55,743 nt of DNA from assembly GCA_036556125.1 (NCBI GenBank), contig DATBJZ010000007.1:1-55743 (forward strand), read 5' to 3'. The DNA is from Gemmatimonadota bacterium. GTDB lineage: Bacteria > Gemmatimonadota > Gemmatimonadetes > JACCXV01. The notes beneath the pieces were generated by a model. The model searched no databases and was not told the DNA's origin. It worked only from the letters and a program-made list of their open reading frames with translations. Of the stretch, positions 45,115-54,158 are shown one piece after another. Numbering within the stretch: the first letter of the stretch is position 1; each line of letters opens with the position of its first letter. The position numbers and the translations under genes were made by a program.

Positions 45115-46299
45115 TCAGGACGCCGCCCCCGCCGCCGTGCGGGGCCGGAGCGAGCCGGCGGGCGGCGGCGACCGCCCGGCGGCCTCGATCACGTCCAGCG
45201 TTTCCCGCGCGCAGCGGGTCCAGCTGAAGCTCCGCGCCCGCTCCCGGCCCAGATCGCGGAGCGTGCCGCGCAGCGCGGCGTCCGTGGCCACCCGCCGCAG
45301 ACCGCGCGCGATGCTCTCCACGCTCTCGGGGTCGACCAGGATGCCGGCGCGGTCTGCGAGCTCGCGCGTGCCGTAGCGGTTCGCCGTCACCACCGGACAC
45401 CCGGCGGCCATCGCCTCGATCAGCGGCAGCCCGAAAGACTCGTAGAGGGAGGGCAGGCACAGCGCGTCGGCGAGCGCGTACACCGCGGGCAGCTCTTCGT
45501 GTTCGATCCAGCCCGCCCACAGGATCCAGGGTTCGAGCCGGAGCCGCTGGACCAGGGCGAGCTCGTCCTCGGACAGCCAGCGATGCTCCCCGGCCACGAC
45601 CAGGGAGACGCCCAGCTCCGGACCCACGCGCGCGTACGCCTGGAGCAGCCGACCGAAGTTCTTGGGCGGGTAGATCTGGCCGCAGTAGAGGAAGAAGCGC
45701 TCGGGCAGGCCGCGACGCGCGCGCACCGCCCGGAGGTGCTCCTCCGGCACGGGAGCCCGGAAGCGCTCGTCCACGCCGTGGTGCACGGTGTGCACCCGCG
45801 ACGGCGCGACGCCGAGGTACTCCACGACCTGCCGCCGCGTGGTCTCCGAGACGGCCACGACGGCCGCGGCCCGCCGGGCGTACCGCGGCATCAGGTGACG
45901 GTGGCTGATCCGATCGAGCGGCTTCGACGCCCAGGGCATCACGTACCAGTCGAGCCCGTGGCAGACGAACACGGTCGGACACCGGGTGCGGAGCGGGATC
46001 GAGTACTTGGGGTTGAAGAGGACGTCGAGGTCCGCGCGGCGCGCCGCGCGCCGGGCCGCGAGCTGGTCCCAGAGCAGCGCGTGCGGCGCGCGGACGACGA
46101 TTTCCTCCACGGCCGGGCCGGCGTAACGCCCGAGCATCCGCGGGTCGGCGTACAGCAGGATGAAGCGATGCGGCGTCTCGAGCGCGAGAACCTCCCGCAG
46201 GAGGTTCTCGGTGTAGACCCTCACGCCGCCGCCGTGCTGTCCCAGGTGCCGCAGCATCAGCCCGATCCGGAGCCGGCCGGTGCTCCGAGCCGCCGTCAC
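45115..46299 (-). CDS. Glycosyltransferase family 4 (GT-B, Glycos_transf_1)
   Basis: RIGLMLRHLGQHGGGVRVYTENL.. N-domain. C-domain FFLYCGQIYPPKNFGRLL..LCLPSLYESFGLPLIEAMAAGCPVVTA. GTG 46299 overlaps the upstream stop (GTGA). Confidence 0.85.
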   Translation of the reverse strand: MTAARSTGRLRIGLMLRHLGQHGGGVRVYTENLLREVLALETPHRFILLYADPRMLGRYAGPAVEEIVVRAPHALLWDQLAARRAARRADLDVLFNPKYSIPLRTRCPTVFVCHGLDWYVMPWASKPLDRISHRHLMPRYARRAAAVVAVSETTRRQVVEYLGVAPSRVHTVHHGVDERFRAPVPEEHLRAVRARRGLPERFFLYCGQIYPPKNFGRLLQAYARVGPELGVSLVVAGEHRWLSEDELALVQRLRLEPWILWAGWIEHEELPAVYALADALCLPSLYESFGLPLIEAMAAGCPVVTANRYGTRELADRAGILVDPESVESIARGLRRVATDAALRGTLRDLGRERARSFSWTRCARETLDVIEAAGRSPPPAGSLRPRTAAGAAS

Positions 46300-47792
46300 C
46301 GGGGTTCGCGGCGCCTGCGGGCGACGAGCGTCCCCCAGGCGGTCCGCAGCTCCCGGAGGTGGACGAGCCTCAGCGCGAGGAGCAGGAGGGGGTAGCCGAT
46401 CAGGAAGGCCGCGCCCCGGAGGAGCGCTCCTCCGCGCCCGCCGTCGACGAACGCGAGGGGGGCCGCGGGCAGGCTCCACGCCAGGGCCAGCGCAGGCCCC
46501 CGCAGCCGCGGCAGCAGCTCCCGGCGGAATGCCGCCGTCATCACGCCGGCGAGCACCCCGCTCGAGGCGGCGTACGCCGCCGCGCAGCCGAGGCCGCCCC
46601 ACCGCGGCACGGCCCACGAGGCGGCTGCCAGGAGCGCGACGACCGCGGCGGCGAGGCTCGTCAGGTAGCGTGACGGGCGGCCGTCCACCACCGAGAACGC
46701 GAACCCCATCTGCGCGACGAGCAGGAAGGGGAGGCCGAGGAGCAGCACGCTTCCGTTCGGGGCGACCCGCTCGAAGCCGGGGCCGAGCAGCGCGGGGACG
46801 AGCTCGCCGGCGGTGATCGTGAACACCCAGAAGGCGGTCGCGCAGAAGACGCCGCCCCACCGCAGCGCGTCGGCCGTGCGGCGACCGGCCTCCTCCGGGT
46901 CGCCGTCCAGCCGGAGCTCCGACAGTGCGGGAATCAGGGCGCTCGCAACGGCGAGCGTGAACCCGCCCGCGATCGAGAACATCTGAGCCGGGATGTCGAA
47001 GACCGCGACCTCCCGCGCGTCGCCGCGGAAGTGCTCGACGAGCGGATTGCCCAGGCGCAGCCACACGTTGAGGAGGCCCCACGAGAGGAAGAAGAGCAGG
47101 CCGAACCGGAGGTACGGCCGCAGGAACGTCCGGGACGACGCCAGCCGCTCCAGCGACAGGTGCCGGCGCGTCCAGACGGCATAGAGCCCGGCGAGCAGGG
47201 CCTCGGTGGCGAACACCGCGGCGACCGCACCCGCCAGCCCCCAGGGTGGAAAGAGGAGCAGGATCAGCGTGAGCGTGAGGGCCCGGCGGAGCGGGTCGCG
47301 AGCCGCGTGGCGGGCGACGCGTCCAAGGCCGAACGTCAGCGCGAGCGGAACGCTCCCCAGGCTCCCCACGACCAGCACACCCGCGGCGAGCGCGAGCACC
47401 CGGACCGGGAAGCGGTCCCCGTAGGCGGCGTGGGCCAGCGGAACGAACAGCGCCGCGGCAACGAGGCCGAGCGCGGCCTGCACCGCGAACAGCCCGCCCC
47501 CGAGGCGCCGCACCGCGTCCGGGCCCTGCCGCCGCAGCTCGGGCACGAACCGGCCGCAGACCTCGGTGAGCCCGAGGTCGGTCAGCGACAGCGCGATCGC
47601 GACCAGCGAGAGGAGGAGCGCGAACTCCCCGTACGCTCCCGGCCCCATCAGCCGCGGAACCAGGATGGCGTACGCCGCGAGGAGCGGCGCCTGCACCATC
47701 TTCAGGGCCGCGACCCGCGCGAGCGGTGCGCCTCCCGTTCCGGCCGGGTGGCGGACGGCCGGGGCGCGCCCGGCGGACACGGCGGCCCTCAC
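46296..47792 (-). CDS. Polysaccharide/oligosaccharide flippase-like polytopic membrane protein (Wzx/MOP superfamily)
   Basis: About 12-14 hydrophobic segments, e.g. GEFALLLSLVAIALSLTDLGL and YLRFGLLFFLSWGLLNVWL. The position inside a GT operon fits. GTG 47792 overlaps the upstream stop (GTGA). Confidence 0.65.
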   Translation of the reverse strand: MRAAVSAGRAPAVRHPAGTGGAPLARVAALKMVQAPLLAAYAILVPRLMGPGAYGEFALLLSLVAIALSLTDLGLTEVCGRFVPELRRQGPDAVRRLGGGLFAVQAALGLVAAALFVPLAHAAYGDRFPVRVLALAAGVLVVGSLGSVPLALTFGLGRVARHAARDPLRRALTLTLILLLFPPWGLAGAVAAVFATEALLAGLYAVWTRRHLSLERLASSRTFLRPYLRFGLLFFLSWGLLNVWLRLGNPLVEHFRGDAREVAVFDIPAQMFSIAGGFTLAVASALIPALSELRLDGDPEEAGRRTADALRWGGVFCATAFWVFTITAGELVPALLGPGFERVAPNGSVLLLGLPFLLVAQMGFAFSVVDGRPSRYLTSLAAAVVALLAAASWAVPRWGGLGCAAAYAASSGVLAGVMTAAFRRELLPRLRGPALALAWSLPAAPLAFVDGGRGGALLRGAAFLIGYPLLLLALRLVHLRELRTAWGTLVARRRREPR

Positions 47793-48619
47793 GGCGCGGC
47801 GGCGGCCGCGAGCCGTCCCCGGCAGGCGAGGTGCGCCGCGCGGTACTCCTCGAGGGGCGCCGCGAAGAACGCCTCGGCAAAACGCACCGGCGGCCCCAGG
47901 ACGAGCGAACGGTACGCGTTCAGCCCCAGCGCCGCGTGGACGTAGTCCGCGTCGTCGAGCTGACTGACGTAGCGGCGCAGCGCCTCGCGCTTCAGGTCCA
48001 CGACGGCGTCGATCACGACGTAGGCGTTCGCCACCAGGGGCGTCCAGACCTCGTACCCCACGCAGTCGAACCCGCGGCCGCCCCGCTCGGCGGCGGCGAG
48101 AAGGAGCTCGGCCGCGGCGAGATGGTCGGGGTGCTCCTCCAGGGGGAAGGGCGCGTACACGGTTTGCGGACGGACGTCGTCGAGGAGCGCCGCGAGCCGC
48201 TGCACGACCCGCGGGGCCACCGCCAGCGCCGTGTCCTCCTCGTCCAGGAAGACGGCCTCGCGGATCCCGAGGACGCTCAGAGCGGCCTCGGCCTCCTGCT
48301 TCCGGCGCACGACGAGCTCGGCCTCGGCGCGGCGGCGCTCCGCGCCTCGCAGGCCGCCGAGGCTGCTGTGGCCGTGCCGTCCGTCCGTCAGGAACGCCAC
48401 GGTCACGGGCGCGCCGGCCTGGACGTGGCGGGCCAGCGCTCCGCCGCAGCCGATCACCTCGTCGTCCGGGTGCGGCGCCAGCACCAGGACGCGCTCCGCC
48501 CCGGGCTCGAGAACCGCCGCGGGATGGTGACGGACCGTCTGGAGGAGACCGACGGCCCGGAGCCGCGGCCGGGCGCGGCGGGCCAGCCGCCGCGCGGCCC
48601 ACCGCAGGGGCCCCTTCAC
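47789..48619 (-). CDS. PIG-L/LmbE-family N-acetylglucosaminyl deacetylase
   Basis: RVLVLAPHPDDEVIGCGGALARH..VAFLTDG..HPDH. GTG 48619 overlaps the upstream stop (GTGA). Confidence 0.85.
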   Translation of the reverse strand: MKGPLRWAARRLARRARPRLRAVGLLQTVRHHPAAVLEPGAERVLVLAPHPDDEVIGCGGALARHVQAGAPVTVAFLTDGRHGHSSLGGLRGAERRRAEAELVVRRKQEAEAALSVLGIREAVFLDEEDTALAVAPRVVQRLAALLDDVRPQTVYAPFPLEEHPDHLAAAELLLAAAERGGRGFDCVGYEVWTPLVANAYVVIDAVVDLKREALRRYVSQLDDADYVHAALGLNAYRSLVLGPPVRFAEAFFAAPLEEYRAAHLACRGRLAAAAAP

Positions 48620-49887
48620 CGGCCCCGCGGCTCGGAGGGGATCCCGTCCGCGGCCGGCCGGCGCTCCAGCCGCCGGAGCGCGAGGTCGCCGGGTCCGCCC
48701 CGCAGCCCGCCCAGGAGGACGAGCCAGGCGGCCGCCTCGCGGTCTCCGCCGAACCGCTCCGCCACCGCCGCCCTGGCGCGTTCCCCCATCCGCGGCCACT
48801 CCCCGGGTCGCGTCAGCAGCCACTCGAGCGCACGGCGGAGGCCGTCCTCGTCTCCAGGCGCGACGAGCTTGCCGTTCCACCCGTCGCGCACGACCTCCGG
48901 CGCCACGCCGACCGGCGTGGTCACGACGGGCAACCCGCACGCCATCGCTTCGACGAGCGCCAGCCCGAATCCCTCGTAGAAGCTCGCGAACGCGAAGACG
49001 TCGCACGCGCGCAGGTGCGCGGCCACGTCGGACACCTCCCCGACCAGCAGGATGTCCGGGTCCGCCGTGGCGAGCCGGGCCAGCTCCGACCCGCAGGCGT
49101 CCGCCGACAGCCCGGCGGAGCCCAGGAACAGGAGCCTGGCGCCCGGAGGCCGCGTCGCGCGGCCCCAGGCGGAGGCGAGGACGAGCACTCCCTTGGCGCG
49201 CGCGAGGCGCCCCGTGAACGCCACCAGCGGCCCCCCCGTCGGCAGCCCGAGCTCACGCCGCAGGCGGTCCTTCTCGCCCTCCTCCGCGGGGCGGAAGCGC
49301 GTGAGGTCGATGCCGTTCGGCACGAGTCGGACGCGGTGGAGGCCGGAGGCGCGGAGGTCCCGCTCCATCTCCGGCGAGAGCGCCACGATCGCGTCCGCGG
49401 CGGAGAGGGTTCGGCGCTGCGCCGCGCTCAGCCAGCGCCCCGCGGTGCGACCGGCGGGTCCCAGGGCGTGCAGGCTCGCCTCGGACATCGGCTCCCGGTA
49501 GTCGGTCGGCGCCTCGGCGCGGACGACGCAACGCTTCCCGAGCAGGCGCGCGAGGGGAACGGCCACCAGGGGAATCACCTTCAGGCCGGAGACGACCACG
49601 ACGTCGTATCGCCGCCGGCGCAGCACCAGGAGCGCGCCGAGCTGCGCCAGGAAGCGGACCAGAGGCAGCACGGACCGCCAGCCGCGGCCCTTCAGGAGCC
49701 CGCCCGGCCTCAGCCTGCGGACGTCGATGCCGTCGATCCGGGCGCGCGGGGCCGTCGGGGGCGCGGTCTGGCGCGTGAGGACGGAGACGGCCACGCCTGC
49801 GGCGCTCCACGCCGCGGCGAGCTGGTGCGCGTGCAGCGCGATGCCGTCGCGCGTCGGCGGATGGAAGGTCTCGCCGATGAACAGCAC
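48616..49887 (-). CDS. Glycosyltransferase family 4 (GT-B)
   Basis: (V)LFIGETFHPPTRDGIALHAHQLAAAW.. N-domain. C-domain LVAFTGRLARAKGV..VFAFASFYEGFGLALVEAMACGLPVVTT. GTG start. Confidence 0.85.
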   Translation of the reverse strand: MLFIGETFHPPTRDGIALHAHQLAAAWSAAGVAVSVLTRQTAPPTAPRARIDGIDVRRLRPGGLLKGRGWRSVLPLVRFLAQLGALLVLRRRRYDVVVVSGLKVIPLVAVPLARLLGKRCVVRAEAPTDYREPMSEASLHALGPAGRTAGRWLSAAQRRTLSAADAIVALSPEMERDLRASGLHRVRLVPNGIDLTRFRPAEEGEKDRLRRELGLPTGGPLVAFTGRLARAKGVLVLASAWGRATRPPGARLLFLGSAGLSADACGSELARLATADPDILLVGEVSDVAAHLRACDVFAFASFYEGFGLALVEAMACGLPVVTTPVGVAPEVVRDGWNGKLVAPGDEDGLRRALEWLLTRPGEWPRMGERARAAVAERFGGDREAAAWLVLLGGLRGGPGDLALRRLERRPAADGIPSEPRGR

Positions 49888-50054
49888 GCGCGGCGGCGAT
49901 GCGCCGGCCGCCGTGCACGCCGTTGCGGGGGTGGTCTGCAGCGAGCGCCCGGCCGGAGGAGGACGTTCAAGAGGAGCGACGGGACGGTCCGGCCGCCATC
50001 GTCCGAGCGGGCGGGCGCGCTCCGTCCGACGACCGGCCGTCCGGGCGAGGGGGG

Positions 50055-50987
50055 TCAGCCCGCCTGGGGAGCGGCGGATCCGGGAGGGCGGCGCGGCTCC
50101 AGAAATCGGATGGCGACGGCGTCCGGGGCGGAGGCGGCCCGTGCGAGGAGGTCCTCGGCCGCGCGCGTGAGCTCCTCCCGGTCCGGGGGAGGATCGGCGA
50201 ACACGACGGACACGCAGGGGCGGATGGCGGGCTCTCCGAATTCACGGGAGACCTGACGCACCGCCTCGGCGACGCGGACCGCGAGGTCCGGCAGCGCCTG
50301 CCGGCCGACGTCGGGAAGGAGGACGGCGAACGTGGCGCCTCCCACGCGCGCCGCGAGGTCCGCCCCGCGGACCGCCTCGCGCAGCGCGGCCGCGGCGCGG
50401 CGGAGGAGCTCGTCGCCGCCGGCGCCCCCCAGCCTCTCGTTCACCTCGCGCAGCGGGGCCACGTGCACGTAGACGACGGACAGGGGCCGCGACTCGGCGC
50501 GCCGGCGCCGGACCTCGCGCTCGAGCCGCTCGGCCCAGACCGCGCCGCTGGCCAGGGCCGTCACCGGATCGGACTCGAGCGCCTCCCGCTCGCGGGCGCG
50601 TCCGACCCGTGCATCCAGCGACGCGACCAGACGGCGCTCCCGCCGCAGCCGGACCGCGCCCACGCCGACGGTGAGGAAGACGACCAGCCGCGTCGCGCCG
50701 TTCCAGAGCCACACCCAGGCCGGGTGCTCGGGCGCGGTCACGGCGTCCGCGTAGAGCCACGCGGCGCCGGCCGCGAGCGCGAGCGCCGCCACGACCCGCT
50801 CCCGGAGGCAGGTCGCCGCCGCGACGAGCACCCCCAGGTGGAAGATCATGATCCCCACGTGGCTCGGGGTGCGGGCGTCCATCCAGCCGAGCAGCGCGAT
50901 CGCGACGGCGGCCGTCGCGGCGACGACGGTCTTCCACGGAACGGCCTGCGGCCGCCGCCGCGCAGGGCCGGGAAGGGAGCCGGTCAT
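50055..50987 (-). CDS. Membrane protein (4 TM) with a degenerate GGDEF domain (GGATF; I-site RxxD retained)
   Basis: TM segments WKTVVAATAAVAIALLGWM, HVGIMIFHLGVLVAAATCL, VVAALALAAGAAWLYADAV, WVWLWNGATRLVVFLTVGVGAV. GGDEF-fold region DPVTALASG..LSVVYVHVAPLREVNERLGGAGGDELLRRAAAAL..RGADLAARVGGATFAVLLP. Start ATG 50987. Confidence 0.7.
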   Translation of the reverse strand: MTGSLPGPARRRPQAVPWKTVVAATAAVAIALLGWMDARTPSHVGIMIFHLGVLVAAATCLRERVVAALALAAGAAWLYADAVTAPEHPAWVWLWNGATRLVVFLTVGVGAVRLRRERRLVASLDARVGRAREREALESDPVTALASGAVWAERLEREVRRRRAESRPLSVVYVHVAPLREVNERLGGAGGDELLRRAAAALREAVRGADLAARVGGATFAVLLPDVGRQALPDLAVRVAEAVRQVSREFGEPAIRPCVSVVFADPPPDREELTRAAEDLLARAASAPDAVAIRFLEPRRPPGSAAPQAG

Positions 50988-51103
50988 GGCCGCAGAAGAT
51001 AGCACCGCCGGCCGCGGACGCAGCCGGGCCGCGATGCAGCGCGACCGGGCGGCCACCTCCGTGTGGACCGGCGGCTCTCCGACCGGACGCCCACCGCGTC
51101 GAT

Positions 51104-51152
51104 GACGAAAGGGTGACGCCTCCGGGACCGCGCCGGCCGTCACGGGTTCGTC
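51104..51152 (+). promoter_or_regulatory. Nested hairpin in the divergent intergenic region upstream of the TonB-dependent receptor
   Basis: GACGAA-agg-GTGACG-(19 nt)-CGTCAC-ggg-TTCGTC read directly. It lies about 120 nt upstream of ATG 51275. Function unknown. Confidence 0.25.
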
Positions 51153-51274
51153 GCAGGATCGGCGGAGGATCGTTTCCGCCCGGGCCTAGAGTGCGCGTCG
51201 CAGGTCCTCCCGTCACACCTCACCGCTTCGAACCGACGCCCGCCGCCCGGGCGGCGCCGGAGAGGGGGCAACCG

Positions 51275-54091
51275 ATGGTCCGACTGGTGTGCGCGGCGTC
51301 CTTCGCGGCCCTGCTCCTGGGCGGCCTGCCGGTCGGCTCGCCGGGACAGGAGGCCGCCGGGGGCCGCATCACAGGCAAGGTCGTGGACTCCGAGACCGGC
51401 GAGCCGCTGGTCGGGGCCGAGGTCTACGTGCAGGGGATGCAGCTCGGGTCGCTGACCGACCTGGACGGGCATTTCCGGATCGAGGGCGTCACGGCCGGTC
51501 CGCAGGCTCTCCGGGTCCTGTACCTCGGCTACGCCGAGAAGACGGTCACCGGATTGACCGTCCCCGAAGCCGGCGACGCCTCGATCGAGGTCTCGATGTT
51601 GCCCGAGGCGCTGCTCGCCGAAGGCGTGACCGTCGAGGTGACGGCCGAGGAGGAGCGCGGCTCGGTCGAGGGCGCGCTGGCCTTCCAGCGCAGCTCCACG
51701 AACGTGGTCAACGGGATCTCGTCGCAGGAGATCCGCCGCACGCCGGACTCGAACGCCGCGGAGGCGGTGAAGCGGGTGTCGAGCGCCTCGCTGGTGGACG
51801 GCCGCTACGTGTACGTGCGCGGCCTCGGGGAGCGCTACTCGACGGCCCTCCTCGACAACGTCGCCCTCCCGACGCCGGAGCCGGAGAAGCGGGTGGTCCC
51901 GCTCGACCTGTTCCCGGCCTCGATGCTGGAGAGCGTCTTCACTGTCAAGACGTTCACGGCGGACCTGCCGGGCGACTTCGCGGGGGGCCTGGTCAGCATC
52001 CAGACCAAGGACATCCCGGCGGAGCCTTTCTTCCGCATCAGCACGGGCGTCGGCTGGAACTCGAACCTCGCCGACGAAGACCTGCCCGACTACCGCGGCG
52101 GCGACCTCGACTGGCTCGGGTTCGACGACGGTACGCGCGACCTGCCGTCGGAGTTCCCCGAGCGCCTGCTGATCACCACGCCGCGCGACCAGGTGGCCGC
52201 GCTCCACTCGGCGTTCAGGAGCGACTTCACGACCGCGCTCGAGGAGCCCGGCTTCGGGGACGCGAACAAGTCGTTCGGCCTGTCGTTCGGCAGCCCCGCG
52301 ACGCTGTTCGGGAAGGACGGCGGGTTCTTCGTGGGCGGCAACTACTCCTACAACACGAACGCCCGCCGGCAGGAGGAGTTCTACCCCAGCCTCGCGGCGG
52401 ACCTGTTCCAGTACGACTTCGACGCGCAGATCGGGACCCGCGAGGTGACGTGGGGCGGACTGGCCGGGGTGGGGATCGAGCTGTCGAACGACGACCGACT
52501 CTCGTGGAAGACGCTCCTGACGCAGGCGGCCGAGGACGAGGCCCGGCTCGTGACGGGGCCGTTCGACTTCTCCACGAGCGGCTTCGCGCGGATCAGCCGG
52601 CTGCAGTTCGTCGAGCGGACGCTGCTCAGCTCCCATCTCGAGGGCGAGCACAAGGTGGGCTGGATCGGCGACGGGCGCCTGGAGTGGGAGGGCGCCTACG
52701 GCCTGGCGCTCCGCGACGAGCCGGACACGCGGCAGAGCTTCTACGTCGCGCAGGACCCCGCCGGCCCCTTCTTCTTCAACGAGACCGGCGACAACGGGCG
52801 GTTCTTCTCCGACCTCACGGACCGGCTGGCGCAGGCCTCCTTCAAGCTGTCCTCGCGGTTCGGCTTCGTGGGAGGCCAGGACGCGGTGCTCGACCTCGGC
52901 GGCCTCGGCACGTACCGCACCCGTGACTTCTCCGCCCGCCGCTTCGCCTACGAGAACTCGAGCGCGGAGGGCCGGACGCTGCCGGCAGAGCAGCTCTTCA
53001 CGGCCGACGCCATCGCCGGAGGCGACATCTCCTTCCTCGAGCGGACCGAGCCCAACGACGAGTACGACGCGACGGAGCGGATGGGGGCCGCGTTCGCGAG
53101 TCTCGACCTCGGCGTGAGCGATCACGTCCGGGTCACCGGCGGGCTGCGGGTCGAGCGCAACGAAACCGAGCTGGACTCCTTCGACCCCGCGACCGGCAGC
53201 CGGCTGGCGGGGGTGAGCACGGACCTGCGCACGACGGAGCCGCTGCCCAGCCTGGCCGTGCGCTGGGAGCTGTCGGAGAGCCAGATCGTCCACCTGTCCG
53301 GCACGCGGACGATCGTCAGGCCGCAGTTCCGCGAGCTCGCGCCGTTCCGCTACGAGACCTACCTCGAGAGCACGCTCGGCAACCCCTTCCTCGAGAACGG
53401 CGAGATCTGGAACGCCGACCTGCGCTGGTCGCTGTTCCCGAACCTGGGCGAAATCGTCTCGATCGGCGCCTTCTACAAGCGCTTCAACGACCCGATCGAG
53501 ATCGTCCGCATTCCCACCGGCGGCACGAACCTGGGCACGCCCGAGCCCTACAACGCGCCGGCCGCGCTGACGTACGGCGTCGAGCTCGAGCTGCGGCAGG
53601 ACCTCGGCAACTGGACCGGCCGCCTGCGAGGGCTGGGCCTGAGCGCGAACGTGGCCCTCGCCGAGTCGAACGTGGAGCAGGACCAGCCGGTGGAGGTGTT
53701 CACCGGCGGCTCGGCGTCCTCGGGCCCGACGATCCTGCAGCCCGAGGTGTTCACGAACGCCGAGCGACCGATGGTGAACCAGTCGCCGTTCCTGGTGAAC
53801 GCCTCGCTCTGGTGGACGGGGGCCGCGACGGGCACGACCGCGACCCTGCTCTACAACGGCGTCGGCGAGCGCCTGGCGCAGGTGGGCGTGCAGGGCTTCG
53901 ACGACATCTACGAGCTGGAGCGTCACAGCGTGGACCTCACCGTCGAGCAGCCGCTCGGGCACGCGGTCAGCGCCAAGGTCGCGGTGCAGAACCTGACCGA
54001 CGCGCCCTACGAGTTCCGGCTCGGAGAGGACACGACGCGCAAGTACGAGATCGGCCGCCAGGTGTCGTTCACCGCAGCGTACACGTTCTAG
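51275..54091 (+). CDS. TonB-dependent receptor with an N-terminal carboxypeptidase-regulatory-like domain
   Basis: Signal MVRLVCAASFAALLLGGLPVGSPGQ. CarboxypepD_reg-like RITGKVVDSETGEPLVGAEVYV..DLDGHFRIEGV. Plug GISSQEIRRTPDSNAAEAVKRVSSASLVDGRYVYVRGLGERYS. Barrel ends ..QVSFTAAYTF. Confidence 0.9.
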   Translation: MVRLVCAASFAALLLGGLPVGSPGQEAAGGRITGKVVDSETGEPLVGAEVYVQGMQLGSLTDLDGHFRIEGVTAGPQALRVLYLGYAEKTVTGLTVPEAGDASIEVSMLPEALLAEGVTVEVTAEEERGSVEGALAFQRSSTNVVNGISSQEIRRTPDSNAAEAVKRVSSASLVDGRYVYVRGLGERYSTALLDNVALPTPEPEKRVVPLDLFPASMLESVFTVKTFTADLPGDFAGGLVSIQTKDIPAEPFFRISTGVGWNSNLADEDLPDYRGGDLDWLGFDDGTRDLPSEFPERLLITTPRDQVAALHSAFRSDFTTALEEPGFGDANKSFGLSFGSPATLFGKDGGFFVGGNYSYNTNARRQEEFYPSLAADLFQYDFDAQIGTREVTWGGLAGVGIELSNDDRLSWKTLLTQAAEDEARLVTGPFDFSTSGFARISRLQFVERTLLSSHLEGEHKVGWIGDGRLEWEGAYGLALRDEPDTRQSFYVAQDPAGPFFFNETGDNGRFFSDLTDRLAQASFKLSSRFGFVGGQDAVLDLGGLGTYRTRDFSARRFAYENSSAEGRTLPAEQLFTADAIAGGDISFLERTEPNDEYDATERMGAAFASLDLGVSDHVRVTGGLRVERNETELDSFDPATGSRLAGVSTDLRTTEPLPSLAVRWELSESQIVHLSGTRTIVRPQFRELAPFRYETYLESTLGNPFLENGEIWNADLRWSLFPNLGEIVSIGAFYKRFNDPIEIVRIPTGGTNLGTPEPYNAPAALTYGVELELRQDLGNWTGRLRGLGLSANVALAESNVEQDQPVEVFTGGSASSGPTILQPEVFTNAERPMVNQSPFLVNASLWWTGAATGTTATLLYNGVGERLAQVGVQGFDDIYELERHSVDLTVEQPLGHAVSAKVAVQNLTDAPYEFRLGEDTTRKYEIGRQVSFTAAYTF

Positions 54092-54158
54092 GACCCGCCG
54101 GCCGGGGCGGCCGCGCGGGCTCTCCATCCGCCCCAACCCCCGTGGAAAGGATCGGCTG

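Noticed and set aside
50988-51274. Cobalamin or TPP riboswitch upstream of the TonB-dependent receptor
   Set aside because: No B12-box-like (..AGYCMGG.GACC..) or TPP (CUGAGA...ACCUGAUCUGGAUAAUGCCAGCG) core motifs are visible. Only a generic hairpin is reported.
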